DNA of 64,000 bases from Raillietiella orientalis (GCA_036172245.1 JAYWIR010000018.1:3410001-3474000); one strand, 5' to 3'. Counted from the stretch's first letter, positions 1 to 15,217 are shown. The notes: generated by a model not told the origin, from the letters alone. Numbers and translations: made by a program.

Positions 1-1189
<1,189 letters not shown>

Positions 1190-3199
1190 CTCGATCAAAA
1201 ATGTTGCAAAATCTTGGTTTCCGCTCTATGATTCACCCACGAAGATCTCTTCCATGGGGGGCCAAAAATGTCTATTTTCAATTAGCATGATAGCTCTAAG
1301 TTGCATTCAGAGATATAATCTATATCAACATTCGGAACCCAATTCCAAACCACACTGGTGACGATCTATTCTACATCACAAACAGTATTTTTAACCTTTC
1401 GGTGTTCTTAGATCGTATCATATAATTGCAAAAATTCATTGCTTGCATTTTTGTTTCGAATCTGTACCATAAGATGAAAACACGGGCGTGTTTTACACTA
1501 GATTGATGTTAAAACATCCGCGTGTTCTACCTGTCCCCAGACAGTCATTCATAAGCAATGCCTGTCGTCAAATTGGTAATATAGAATTCTATTTTCATAT
1601 AAAGCTAATACTGATTTTATTTATTACGCTAACTTTATTAGTAATAATAACTCCCTCTATTAGGCTACTGTGACCTAGGAATGTGCTTGTTCATTTGAAC
1701 AGGTGCTTAGTTTTTTTCAAGATGAAACAAGCGTGAATTAAAGGAATTCTCATTACCACGTACTTTTATTCGAAGACAGGAAAAACTGGCAAAACACACA
1801 CACGATGCTCACTTTTGATGGTAAGTTTTATTGAGGCAACGTGTGTGCAAATTGGCCAACACTTCAGCAAAGAAATTCAAAATGCTTGCATGGGAATGTT
1901 AATTATATGCAAGCATTCTTGCATTAGGAGGCAGATTTTCGGAAAACTTATTTTATGGATTGGGCACCGCGAATTACCGACGTAGTTAATCGAAGTTACT
2001 TGGAACCTGAAAAGATTTCTGTATGCAAGCGCCGAAAGCAATAATAACTAAAACTACAAGATTGCTGGGTGTTGGTGAAATTGGACAGCACCACAAATTG
2101 GAACTCTTGGTTTGGAGAGGATCACAAGCCTACAACTAGAGTTTGAGCTCCTGAAATGCTTGAGTCCAGATGAGAACAGAGTCTATTATTCGCGCTTTCA
2201 AAATATGAAAGGAGCTTTCATAGTACTAATTTCATTAACAAAGCGAATAGTTTCAACAAGCAGGCATACTACCTTTCAATACGTGAACTGCGATACGTTT
2301 GCTACTCGCAAAGTTTGCCATGTAAGTAGCAACTTTATCTACATTTTGAATTCTCAGCATAGCATCTTTCAATTGATATCTCAAAGCGAAAGCGAATTCG
2401 CCTTGGATAAAAACAATTGGAACGATACTTCTAAGCAAAATATCCCAAAATAGCATACAGTGATGTAATTTTATTAGTGAATATACTGAGTATTCTTTGT
2501 AAAGAATGAGCTTCAGTTGGCTGGTATTGAGAAGCCCCTAAATGACATCGTTTTGTGAATTCACAAATAAATTCGAAAAAATGATGACTCTAATGAACAA
2601 AACAATTTGCATATTTCTTCATTCGACTATAGCTATCTTCCATTGACATATGATATTATAATCTGTTGTAGACATTCTATAAGATTAAAGAAAAAAAAAA
2701 GCCTCGATTTTGCGATTTTAAGTATTAATTGCCAAAGATAGAGATAAATAGCAGAGAAATCTAGAAAGAGTGGTGCTGATTAACAAAAATATGCCAATTT
2801 ATTGCTTATGATAGTTGATTTTAGAAAAAAAGGACTGAGATGTAGATAATTTCAGAAACAAGGAATTATTTAGTATGTTTTTTTCGAAATTGAAAAAATA
2901 TGCAGAATGATACAATTGCGATATCAGTTGTCAATCTTGATTCAAACGCTCAATTAACGTTGCAAATGACGCTCCATTTTAGAAATATTCCTTAGCAGTT
3001 CTTAAAACTGAGTGAAGATAACACAAAAGCGACATCAAATGGCAATAGTACACTTACCAAAGTATTTAATGTTTTTATATTATACGGATTGTTTATTGGA
3101 TTTATCAGTTGCAGAAGTTGCATTAACAAATGAAACGTCTATTTGAAACTTTCGAAAACACCAGAGGTGTCTAACCTGATTCACATTTGAGAAACTGCC

Positions 3200-5250
3200 T
3201 CTGAATGCTGGCTACTCCAAAATTGACTACAGTTGGGAAAAGGCAACCCATATGGCTGTATTACACAGACTTATATATGCGGAAACAGGGCTACCCAGGA
3301 TACTTTAGTGGCTACATCGAGATGATAGTTCGAGACCAGCACTGCAAGATCACGATCAATGGGCGAGACACACGCAATGTGGATGGAAGGGGGAATCCTC
3401 CTTTGAGACGCTCGGAATGCAATGCTGCTTGTGATCTATATGGAGGCAGTGTCGTCCCTGGTCCACAGTAGCGTCCACCTCAAGGAATCATCATCGACTA
3501 GGACAGACTCACCTGGCGTATGTAGAAGATATTCTTCCTGAAGGACGAGAAGAATCAGCACATGTTCCTCGGTGTAGTCAGGTCCATGGAGAAAGGACTA
3601 GGTTTGAAGATGAACGTCCGGAAATCACAACTGATGCTCATCCGAATCCTGGATCTCTCCGCATTAACGGAAAAGGGATTGCGAATAGTAGACGACGTCA
3701 AGTACCTAGAAATCCACATCAGGGACGCTTGCTCACCGCAGATCTAGTGGAACGAAATCCTAGGGAAAGTCAGAGAAGGCACAAAGTACGTTTGAGTCGA
3801 CTTCAACACGAAGCGGACAGCCAAATTGTGGAACGGCGTGCTCTTTCCCAATGTACTCTTCGGAACCGCCTTCTGTAGAATGAACAAGAAGACGGGGAGG
3901 AAAGTGGAACAGCTCCTGCGGAAGATCATATGGAGAGAGCACAAGCCGCGAGTTATGCTGAAACTTTTATGTCTTCTGAGAGAGCAAAGTGGATCGGGAT
4001 GAAATTGCTGCAGCGATCCGTGGACAACGTGAATGTGCAACTCCTGGATCTCATCGAGGATTGGGACCAATGGCCTTATGCGGCATGCAGAGCCTACTGG
4101 AAACTGGTCAACAACTCAAGAGATCTGATGTGAGTCTTAATGGGCAAACATGGAAACAGGAAGAACATCGACCACACACGGAAAAGGAAGCAGACACTGT
4201 TGATGACTTACCGCTTCAAAAAACTGCCTCAAAGCAGAGAGCTGTGGCAAGAGGAACTGTGACATGTGATCCCTTATTTCGTAAGGGCACCTCGGAAGAC
4301 TTGGATATGAACGAATCAAAGGAAGGTAATGAGGATCCGTGACTACGAACAGTTCACCACGAGTGGCAATAGCAACAGAATGCGACTGTATCGCTGCATC
4401 ACGAAAGTGATTGGAAAACTTAACCACAGGACCCGCTAATTCTGGAAGCAAGAAGCGACCAATGCATGGCGCCTCATCACCAGAGCCAACACCCACGAGG
4501 AAATGAACGAGAACATTCGAGAAGAACTACTGGACAAGGCCGCCACCTGCCACGGGATCCGGAACATGAACCTGCTAGCGCTTGGCACAACGATGTGAAG
4601 GAGCAATTTACCATCGGATACTCAGGATGAACTTATGCTTTACCACAGAGGCATCCTGAGTGGCTCACGACTAAAGCATTGGAGAGACAGTAGCCAAGAC
4701 GAGTTGTGCAAGGCCTGCTGAGATAGGGAAGTCCAGCTCCATGTTTTCACCTGCCCGATGCTGCGCTAGGATTGGACAACTCTGAAGGCAGCGACCGGCC
4801 TACAGCGAAGACGAAGATGCAGATCTTGTCAGGAATGTTTGAAGGAGATGAGTGTAAACGTTTCCCGATAGAATCCCATGCTTTACATCACGATCTCCCT
4901 CTTCATCACTAGCGTCGTGATAAGAAAGGCAGAGATGAGGAACACTGAGCGAAAGAAAGAGCCTGCCATAGCTATCGTCCAAGGTGTGAGTAAGAGCGAA
5001 ATAGAGATCAGGAACTGTGGCAGAATACCCTCCTGGACTTACCGCCACATCCTTAAGATGATTACGAATGTTGTCCATGTGAGTGGACTGCCCACGAGAC
5101 CCTAATCATCCCACCAAAAGACAAGATTTTGAGAAATTGAACAAAGAGAGTGAAATTTGGTGAATGGAAGTGCTGTGCTCAGAAACATTCAAGAAAGTAC
5201 CTGCAAAAATGTAGTATTGTAATTCTCTGAATGTTGTTTAATAAATTCAC
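3200..5250 (+). mobile_element. 5'-truncated, frameshifted non-LTR retrotransposon (L1/Tx1-like ORF2 remnant: RT plus C-terminal CCHC); boundaries approximate
   Basis: GC-rich block in AT-rich flanks. RT-like fragments: SWEKA, MRKQGYPGYF..KITING, LAYVEDI at 3513-3533 (YADD-like), GLKMNVRKS and VKYLEIHI. Zinc-knuckle remnant CKAC*DREVQLHVFTC at 4707-4754. AATAAA at 5240-5245. Many stops and frameshifts. Confidence 0.8.
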
Positions 5251-7366
5251 CACTCTGCTGATGGGAGTGGGGACAACCTAAGACTCATGTGTAAGAACTT
5301 TTGCTAGGATTTCTGTCCTACCGGAATTTCTATGTGAGGCGTTCATATGAAGGATAATCCCAAAACTATTCAAAGAAACGAAACTTTTTTAAAGCACTAG
5401 ATCTTCCGTGCCTAGAAAAGACCTTGTTAATCCCGTGTGTTCCAGATACATTTACAAACAAATATCTCTTGACTGAAAAAGCATTCCAATGCAGTGATCT
5501 GGTTGCAAGATTCACCGCTAAGTCTTTCAGACATAAAAACCCTATTCCCTTATGTGTATCTAAATTCCTTGAATATGAGAACCCCACTCAAATAATTTTT
5601 TCTATTGTTACTTGCAAATAGAGAATTTGAGCTCGCTATGGAAAAGAAAAATAGATGCATGTGGGGGAGAAAATGCTTTAAAACAGAGAATGTTCTTGCA
5701 GCATACATTAATAGATATCCGTATGCCATCATACCTTAATAGGTACCAATGTACCATCATTGAAAGAATACTCATACGGACACTTATTAGAATTTTATGA
5801 ATATCCTGTTACACAACTGATCAAAACTAAGTAAGGAAAGAAGGGAATGATAAAAATTTGTTATGCTTAGAGGGTGTTTTTGATAATTAGCAGGTACTCA
5901 GATTAGTTAAACATGAAAAGAAGAAAGTCAGTGAAAGGGGAATATGATTTGTTTATTAAAGTGGAAATAGGAGAATATACACAGTATTAAGACAACATTC
6001 ATGAAACAACAACCTCTCTCACTATCACAAAAAACAAATTTTGCCGCAGATATTTCGATAAACGTATGCTTTTCTTCTGGAAGTATTAAGAGTGAGAGCC
6101 ATATGTAAATATCTTTTCAAGAAATGCACTCATATGAAATTAATTAGAAGCTACATTAATAAAGTTTCTGTTGAGAAGAGCTAGGAAAACAAGAGGCACA
6201 AGAATGGTTATACAAATATACTGAAATTGCAACCAACAGAACATTTTCAAAGCACAAAAATCTGTGAAATGCAATCCACGGTATTTGCAGTAATTTCTCT
6301 AATGCACCATTCACTTTTCAAATTCAGTCTAAATCCCTACAGCGAGCATTCTACCACATCAAATCGATGAAATCAAAACGTTTTTAACAAGCGGTAAAAG
6401 TTAGAGAAAAAGTGAATAAACATAGTTTAAAGTTAATATGGAAGAAAAGCTGAATGTGATTATTTTAAAAAAAGCACTCATTGAGAAAAAATATTTCGAA
6501 CCTCCTTTCTTTATGTGCCAAACTATTAAAACTGACAAAAGCTATCAAACAAATTTTGATAATATTATATGGAACATAAGAATTTCTACACAGTATGTCC
6601 AGAAAGTAATGCTAGTATTATGAGCTAAAACATCAAACAAATTCATTCAAGAACCTTTGCATTGTTCCAGTTTTAATATATTTACCACTGAAGCAGGTAC
6701 ATGTGATTCAGTCAGTTCTTTGTAGTTCTCCAAACGTATTTTTGGTTTCAAGATGCTTTCATTGCACTGGTTCGCGTGTATTGCAACTATATTTCAGAAA
6801 ATTTTGATATTGTATCATGCATCATAAAACATATAGAAACAAATAATATTGATGTCTTTCTCTAAATTTGGTATTTTTTATTAATTTTATTTCATTTCAT
6901 CATTTATTGCTTCTATTATTTGATTCCATTTCTTCAATTCCGACTTTGTGAATTTCCTTGTTAGATGTTTATCGTATGAATGAGCTGCAGATTTTATTAC
7001 TGAAGACCTTTAGTGATAAGATACAAAATGAAAAATCTGAAATTCTGATAAATATTAGTCCAAATGCTAAGTTAGTCGGAAACTTATTTCTGAAAGAAGA
7101 TGACACACCTACTATTCATTCAAAAACAGTGTGCTTCCAGACTTTGAATGAATACATGGAACGGTGAAATTTTTTGTCATAATATAACTACTAATCAAAG
7201 CACCATTTGCGAATCCTTAAACACTCTAACTGAAGATTCAGATATTTGGAGGACTTACTATGAATAAGTTTCCTTAAGTAGAAAAATCAAAACTTTATGA
7301 TCATTGAATAGCTGTAAATTCTGAAAGAAATTTAGTGAAAAGGTAGCTGATAAACCGAAGTTATCT

Positions 7367-7374
7367 TATCGATA
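7367..7374. promoter_or_regulatory. DRE-type motif TATCGATA upstream of the C1orf198-like gene
   Basis: Exact TATCGATA palindrome about 390 nt upstream of ATG 7759. DRE is a known insect housekeeping promoter element; function here is inferred. Confidence 0.4.
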
Positions 7375-7758
7375 GAGTTTGATATAAAAATATAGATGAA
7401 TAGTCAGAAAAAATAATCCTTCTATTTGATAGTTCTATGAATGTCTAATTCGTACATATTACAAGAGAAAAAAAGTTTTGCAAGTAAGCTTTGCAACTCC
7501 TTATAGATTCGCGCTATAATTAGAGGATTCAAACGAAAATTCTAACAAACAATAGATCCGGAAATTCCAAAAGTCTGGCAATTCTGTAAACAACTCTGGT
7601 TAAAGTGAACTGAGAAATCAGAAAAAGTGAAATCCGCATGCAAACAATGTTACTTCAAAAAAGCCAAGGATTTTCTCTTGAGCTTATGTACCATTATAAT
7701 ATAAAAATATAGTGACCTTAAGGACTGGCGAGCCGATGCTCATATCTCATGAGGGAAA

Positions 7759-10700
7759 ATGATTGATGAAAACCTCAGTGTTTATTTTGGATCATTGAAT
7801 TACATGAGCAAGAGAATTTTATGTGACATAAACACTATTCAGGCAGAACACGAGAATCTTTGGATGAATTTATCGTATAAGGATAAATGCAGTTTAATAA
7901 ATGAGGCTTTGATATATAAAAAGGAAATTATGGAAAAATATTTCAGAATTTTACAGAATGATATTAATATTGGTGGCTTCCGTGATACAAAGATAGAGGC
8001 AAAGAATAAAATGGTTTACGAAGAAGATAGAAAAAATAATAGCTTTGTAAGACAAGGGTTTGCATTTTGTGGGGAGTTTTTTGTTTTCATTATCTACTTT
8101 GGAATGCACGCTGAAGTCACTTTAAAATTTTCTGTTATGAAATTTAGATTGGTTATGGAGTATCTTAGATGAATCAAAAAACTTGCGGTCACATGCGCGT
8201 TTGATTTCTGTTAGTAACGATTCAGGTTGTTTGATTGAAATGAAATATACAAAGTATATTAATTGCAATTCATTTGGGTAGGTGATTAAACTTTTAAAAT
8301 GTTGTATGCCTAGTTTCTAACCAATATTCTGAAATATGGACTTCGTTCATATCAGATAAGAATGAATATAATAAAACTGCTAGCAAATTTTAAGTCCCGC
8401 TTGCTTTATAAGTATGCAGTAAAACTCTCACTAAAATATTTGGGTCACCAAATGAATTTAGAATTTCGTTAACATTGTTTTAATCATTTCATTTTGAATT
8501 TTCTCCTTTTTAATATAATAAAATGTAAAACAGCATGCATTAAAATTAAAAGCCTCATAGTTTTGTATACTTATTTCTCTAGTAATGTTCTCTAATCTTG
8601 TTATGCAAGTATCATCTATCACTGTGAATGTGTTCCTATTATCAGTGAACCAAATGCAGGACTAGGTTTTCATTATTTTTTGATCATTTTCATGTGAGAT
8701 GTTCAAAAGAAAATCAATGGTTGTACAGTAGAGCATTTACGTTTTTAAAATATTTTATGAGAAGTGGAATTTGTTAAGGAGATATGAAAAAGAAAAATTT
8801 TAAAAATTCAATTTTTAGTTATGTTGGAAAGATGAGTTTTCTGCGCCATTTATGTGGACAACCAAAAGCCAGATGCAGCTCAATCAAAAGACTTCTTCCA
8901 TACTATGTTTTGATGTTTTTAGCCCAAAAGGCATGGCTCATGGTAAAGTAGATATGCAAATGATTAAGGAAACCAATGTGAAAACCAAAGGCCTCAACAT
9001 TTGCATTTTATTTTCTCAAAGGATTACAAAGTCACTTGAATTATTGAACCCGTTATAAACCAAGTAAATCTTTAAATTTTCTCAGCGTGTGGGAAGTAGT
9101 TCACCTCTTGTCTATCATTATGTTGACTCCCATATTGCAAAGTTACTTAATCTTTGTAGACCTACAACATGCAAGTTTCTAAGATAGAATCTGTATTTAT
9201 AGAGAAGGAACTAAAATCACAGGAAAGTGAGACTGCCAATGTAACATCAGGTTCTGCTGCATCAGGAGTTCAAACGGCTGTACCATCTGTAAGTATTATT
9301 GTCAACAAAAAAGTGTAAGAAATCTCAATTTTATATTGCAACTACATTGAACCCTAGTGTAAAATAAAAAGTTTCACCAGTGTAATTGATTGATTTGCGT
9401 TCTGCTCAAAATTTTCATCACAGTTTAGATTAAGGTGCAAAACTCACAATTATCTAAATCACCTGCTAATAATGTGTAACTGTTTATCAATAGTGATGAT
9501 GTATGTGTATACTTTCCATCAACACATTTGTATAGTAATTTTCCTATAAAAAGGAGTTCAATTTTTGTTCCTACATTGTTTTGAGGGATGTAATTGCAAC
9601 TTCTAATTTTGTAAGTCCTCAAGGTGGACTTCTGTCTCAGGAATGTTTGATCTCTAAAATTGATGTGAAAAAACACCTTTATGAGCACAGCACAAAATGT
9701 CTTTGGTAAAGAATATTTTATCATTATCTTTTAGTAATAGCAAGATCAATTTGAGGAGAAACGTTTAAGAGGTTGTTGAAATTCTTATCTGGGCATTGTG
9801 ATACCAAATGAAGTGCTCTTAGCATTTCTTGGTGGCCAGTTTCAAAGTTTATTGAAAGAAATAGTTTCACAGATATTATCATTTAATTACAAGGGATTGG
9901 AATTCATAATATAAAATTAAATGAGATTCGTAATCGTGTTGGTTCTTTGAGAATTTTTGTGGGGCAAATGTGGACATGTTACATAGCTTTGTAAAGGGAC
10001 TGGAAAATAATAAGGCAGTCTTTGAAAATTGAAACACAAGAATTTGATGCTTGTAAGGAAAAAATTTTCCTTTTATTGCAACAGTATTGTTTTTTGCATT
10101 AGGTGATCTTGTTATTCCTTATTGTAGTGTTGGGAAGGGAATCCTGTTTTCTGTGAACATAATTTTAAATCCTATGAAATTGTCCCAAGTACAGATGATG
10201 TTAAAATCGGTTTGTGAATTAAATGAATGGCAACATGTCTTTATGTCCTGTTGAAGTTATGCTTTCAGATTAATAATTCTAACCAATAATAAATATATAT
10301 TCCTTTTCATTTAATCCACAACCTGTAAGCATGTGCATGCACTTGTCCATGTTGTATACAGTAAAGAAAAATCAAGTTTCTCGAGCAGCATAACAATGAT
10401 TCAGTATTAAAGTAAACATTTTTTGTATAAGAAGTTATGAATTTTCATATGTATATATTGCAAAGAAGCTAAAATTGTGAAAGTCTCAAGTTCAAGAAGG
10501 TTGAAGTGATGGATGAAAAACAAAACGATGATGGGCAAAGGAATTTTAATTTAGTTTGATGATTGAAAATTTTGGTAGCTTAGTTTTGAAGAAATTGAAC
10601 ATTAATTGGAATGTCCTGTAATAGCAAGAGCTTCATGCCACGAAATCTGAACACCACAGATCTTTTGATTCCATTATGAATTCTTTTATGTGGATATTAC

Positions 10701-11069
10701 AGAAAAAGTTTATCATTGAGCAGGACATGCTTGAATAAATTAAGTTGTATATATGTGTCCGTATTCTGTAGGTAGGATAATTTGATATGAGAAATAAAGT
10801 GATAAAAATTATTATTGTTACTATTCAGTAAGCATTCATGTTTTTGTGCTTTTGATCATTCAAAATGTGGCAGCATTGTTTTAGAACTTGTTTTCATGTA
10901 GTCAAGTAAACGAAATGCTAATAAATTTACAAGTACTAATGTTTTAAAATCAAATCTATAATAACAAGTTCATGTATAGTAGATTTCTTTATAGGTGATT
11001 TAGCTGATGCTAAAGTTTATGTTTCAGGATCTGCCCAGAACAGGTTTTGATTTCTTAGATAACTGGTAA
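7759..11069 (+). CDS. C1orf198: C1orf198/DUF4706-like protein, about 179 aa. Exons 7759-8046, 8819-8942, 9203-9288, 11028-11069 (middle boundaries less certain)
   Basis: N-terminal YFGSLNYMSKRIL, exon-2 WKDEFSAPFMWTTKSQ and C-terminal DLPRTGFDFLDNW* match the family as I recall it (WQDEHSAPFSWETKSQ; TGFDFLDNW). The GT-AG junctions give a 540-nt in-frame CDS. Confidence 0.85.
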
Positions 11070-11899
11070 AAGATTTGAACATCTGTATACATGAGGAAGT
11101 TGAAGATGTGTAAATACCAAGATTTTTAAATATATATTTACCAGAATTAACATATTGATGTGAAGATTTGTTACCAAGTACGAGTGTTAAAATAGTTTCA
11201 TTTGCTAGGGATGTTATTAGCTTTTAACCCCAATGATGTAAGTATAGCTACTTGTATGTAGTTATAAAAGCACACTTTCTTATGTTCTATTGATATTCTT
11301 CATTTAAGTAAAATTCTTTTGTGGCAGTTTTGATTCGAATAAATCTGAAATTGCTTAATTCTATCAAGCTTATCATATTGTTAGCTCTTTATGTGGGAAC
11401 TTTATTTTCAGCTATATAAATTATGATTGTTTTTAAAAATGTATGCTGTTTATTTGCGCCCATGGTGCTTTAAAATATTGATTCATTTTTTAAAATAATC
11501 ATTTGTAGGTGTTTCGTTTTTCATACAGTTCATTTCAAAAAAGTGAAAGTTTATATTTTAAATAAATTAAAGAACATATAGAAAAGTCTGACATTTTGAA
11601 ATGTTTGCACTGGCATATTTTTAAATTCTGGATAAAAAAATGTACTGAATAAGTAAGCTTCAATGATCTGAGCAATCCTTTTAATTATTGTAATGTTATC
11701 TTCTCATTGAGTGGCATGCAAGCATCAGTTTTGTTATAATTTTGATTTGCTAGACACTTGATAAGTTTTACTTCACAAAATTTTTGGGCCAAAAATTGGA
11801 GGTGAAATGTGTTGGGCATCATTTTTGCAATTATGTATTCAGCGATGTGTTAGAACTTTCCATCCATGTTCAAAAAGTTGTTTAAATTGGCATTAGTAG

Positions 11900-12864
11900 C
11901 CAAGCACATCATTAACAGAGCTATTGGACAGTTGGTTGTTCAAGGAAACAGTGGGGGTATTCATGAATGCTTACAGAACCTTTATGGAGGCTCACTGCTG
12001 ATGGGAGCACAGGTAGCCTTTGAATAAAACATGCAAGATTGTCACAAAAACATAACAGCAACCTGGGTGATGAGCCTTGCAGGGTTGTTGACACTTGACT
12101 ATCTGCATCATGTGGATTACATCATCTGGAGGCATCAATGCGACTAGTTGTCACTGTAGCTAGGGATCAATGAAGGAAATGGGAACATGCTAATCTAGCA
12201 AATAGAAAACTCGAACATCTGCTCATAGCTGTTATCAGAGCTCAAGATCCAAAAGAAGTGTATGCTTCAATATAAGATTGATGGGATGAATTCCTTTCAT
12301 GAACTGTGAATGAGAATGAGAATGAATTCATCATTTGAAGCTAGCATTGAAATATTATTCCATGGAAATACATCACAGGCATGAAGTTCAAAACAGCTCC
12401 CCAACAGAATTATTTGCAGTTATCTTTTGGGACATCAAGGACATACTTTTGGACAGTTGGTTGTTGAAAAGTAGAGAAAAGAACAGCATATCATGTTGGA
12501 AAGACTGAAGTCTTTACAGGAAGTGAGTGTGTGAGGAGAGCAGAAAAGGTACAGTGCCTGTACTTTGTATGATGATGCAAGGGACACTATTGTGGACAAT
12601 AAAAAAGACCACCAAGCAGGACTGTTCCTTCATCCATCCATAATGTTACCTGGATTTGTTCCCATCAGTTACAACTGTTTTGTTCAATGTGTCTTTGATG
12701 GATGAAAGTGTTACAATGATGACAGAATCATCAAAAAAATAAAGATTTGGCTCCCAAAACTAAAGATTTGGCTAGAGTTTGTATAAATTTCACCGACAAG
12801 CAATGCAGCTTTTCCTCCTAGATTTTCCAAGTGGCATGGAAGAGATGGAGACTACATGGGCTAA
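11900..12864 (+). mobile_element. Decayed Tc1/mariner transposase relic
   Basis: Mariner-like fragments occur in the correct order across frames: IHECLQNLYG (HTH region), LGDEPCR, DEFLS*TVNENE..IHH..SME (first catalytic D region), KFKTAP, FAVIFWDIKDILL (about 12415-12450), LYDDAR (LHDNAR) and terminal RDGDYMG* at 12841-12864. Terminal inverted repeats not resolved. Confidence 0.7.
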
Positions 12865-13649
12865 TAGTTCTATGTAATGATCAGGTATGTAATGACTTCT
12901 ACACTAAGTCTCAGCTCTGTTAGAATTTTCGGTCAAGAAAGAAAATGGACAAAGTTTAATTGGAGATGCAAACATTTGTGTTGTCATGTGTTCATTTGCA
13001 GATTCAAATTTACTGAAATTTGTATTAGCCTAGATGCATAATAAACCTCGAAATGTTTCATGGATTTATCGCCTGTTTTATTGTGGTTGTTTCAGCATGA
13101 AATCACCTGATCAGTTTTTTCGCAAATTGTCTTCAAGACTTAAATGAGCCACATAAGCTCCAGCAGTTTTATAATTGTATTAATATTTTGGCTTTTTTTT
13201 TGAACAGAAAGCTTTTGCATTTATTATTCCATTGTGTAAATTTCAGTTGCTTTGCAAACAGAGCAGTAATGTAAAACTATGATTTTGTGTTTTGTATTTT
13301 CTAGAGGCTCCATGGGATATTTTACTGTATTATCCTAATATTGTGATATTAAGCCGTACAATATTGTTTGACATCTTGTGAAGATTTCTATCATTTTTCT
13401 TCTTCATCAATCAGTTTCTACCATTATATTTTCACATGGATTTATTTTCTTGAAGCTTTCTCCAGAGTTAGAGGTTATAAAAAAACATTAGATGTACTTT
13501 TTATGAAGTATTTTTCAATTTATTCTGAAATCGAATTTTTCACACCTATTCACCTTTGCAAAGATCCTGTACAAGTTGATTAACTAGTGTTTATGTGCAT
13601 TGCAGCATAGCGACGAAATATGCAGAGGAATTCACATTTTCGACGTTGA

Positions 13650-15069
13650 TCAATAACATGTTTGCATAATGCAGCAAATAATTGAGTTCATAAATCTATT
13701 CCATAATGATTGCAGCATACTCCCATTACTGAAATCATTTTATATTTTTTTAATTCTGTAAGAATGTTAAGACCTATTTACCTGAAATTACCTAGCATTT
13801 TATGACCAGCCTCCTTGTACGATTCGATGAATATTTTGATACAGTTCTTTGAATATTTTGCGTACCTTAAAGGTTCTAGTATTTTTTCATAGACGTTTAC
13901 AAAGAACTCTCTCAACTTGAGTAAAAAGTTTACTCATAAACCGTTTAAAACTACCTTACTTCTTTGCCATGACTCAATCCCAGTGCTATATTCAAAATGC
14001 TGTGTGAACATATCTTGAAAATGCAATCTAATTCATTCAGGTTTTGATCAGGAATTTTAGCTAGTACCATTTGAAAAGTAGAGCTGTGTTAAAAATAAAA
14101 CTTAATCTCCGTATAATACTTCCTTGCAGAGTAAAACCTTTTTAAATCTTTCTCAAGGTCAAATAATACTCGAACTTCCCGTATATCATGTAAGAATTCA
14201 CGATCTAATTCGGTACCAGAATATTCCCGATTATTCAGCACCATGATTCCTGTCCATTCTTTCATTATAGCTTCTGAACAGTTTTTAAAATCATCAAATG
14301 TTAAATGAGACAGTCGTTTCCTATTCATCTCGAAACGATTACTGTTTAGGAACAGAATAGCTGCATACTTCCTGAAAATAAAGTTAAGTCAAATCTCATG
14401 TGGATTTATGTGAATACCTGGACAAATTAACTGAAAGTTGAAAACTGTTGCATATATTCTCCAGCAAGCTTCCACTGCAATCTTCTAGTTTTTTGGAGAT
14501 TCTTTTTACATTGTCAAATTGCCTTCTGAAAATTAATCACAGTTCCAGTTTTATATGGAAAAACTCAATCAAACCGGCATGATGACATTGTGATTTTCGT
14601 TTTTTCAGAAATTTCTTCAAGATCCTTCCGTCCTTTACCTGACAGCTTTCTTCCTAGTATTTCTCGTGCAAATATGCTATCTAAGGAATAGTACCTAAAC
14701 AAACATGTACCACTGCAACTTTCTTTACGACTTTTCAATTGCAACATGCAAAGCGTGCTGATTGATTTGGAAGGTCCAATCATTTTCAAAAGAGGAAGCA
14801 CACTGTAGATGTTTCTCCAACATTTGATAAATGCAGTATTGATCACACACATCAGCCATTAATACATCAAATGCCACATTTGTGTGCTTTAGTATGCCCT
14901 CTTTTTCCAGAAAGTTTGCAGCCTGTATAGCTAAGTATACAAAATAAACTACAAAGGTCCATATTTTTTTTACTGCAGCTCAACCTGTTTTTCCTGATAA
15001 CCAGCAGTCAAAGATCTCAAAATCGATGACTGTCTCATTACAGACAAGTAGATCAACCTCAATATTCAT
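13650..15069 (-). CDS. FIBP: Acidic FGF intracellular-binding protein, 360 aa. Exons 15069-14985, 14930-14732, 14694-14575, 14525-14418, 14371-14138, 14083-13960, 13915-13782, 13728-13650
   Basis: Spliced CDS is 1083 nt and open: MNIEVDLLVCNETVIDFEIFDCWLSG...YYSLDSIFAREILGRKLS..KDLEEISEKT..SCRRQFDNVKR...YAAILFLNSNRFE...LDREFLHDIRE...LWNRFMNSIICCIMQTCY*. This is colinear with FIBP. All introns are GT-AG, 37-54 nt. Confidence 0.93.
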
Positions 15070-15207
15070 ATAGCAAACTACAAAAAAACAGATACATAAA
15101 GGCTACATTTATATTATTGTACAAAAGTGGTTTTTCAGAAGAGGCAATTAACTTTACCACTGTGAATGTACAATCTCATTTTTATATATTTTTTGACAAA
15201 AACTGAA

Positions 15208-15213
15208 TTTATT
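15208..15213 (-). terminator. Candidate poly(A) signal AATAAA of CSTF3
   Basis: AATAAA on the minus strand 4 nt after the CSTF3 TAA, followed by a U-rich tract. Confidence 0.5.
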
Positions 15214-15217
15214 TATG

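Noticed and set aside
1488..2456. Short ORFs and an ATG..GTAAGT donor (about 1820) divergent from FARS2
   Set aside because: No recognisable product and no consistent downstream exons could be assembled.
9493..9600. C-box-like GTGATGA in an intron (possible C/D snoRNA)
   Set aside because: No D box (CTGA) or terminal stem at a suitable distance.
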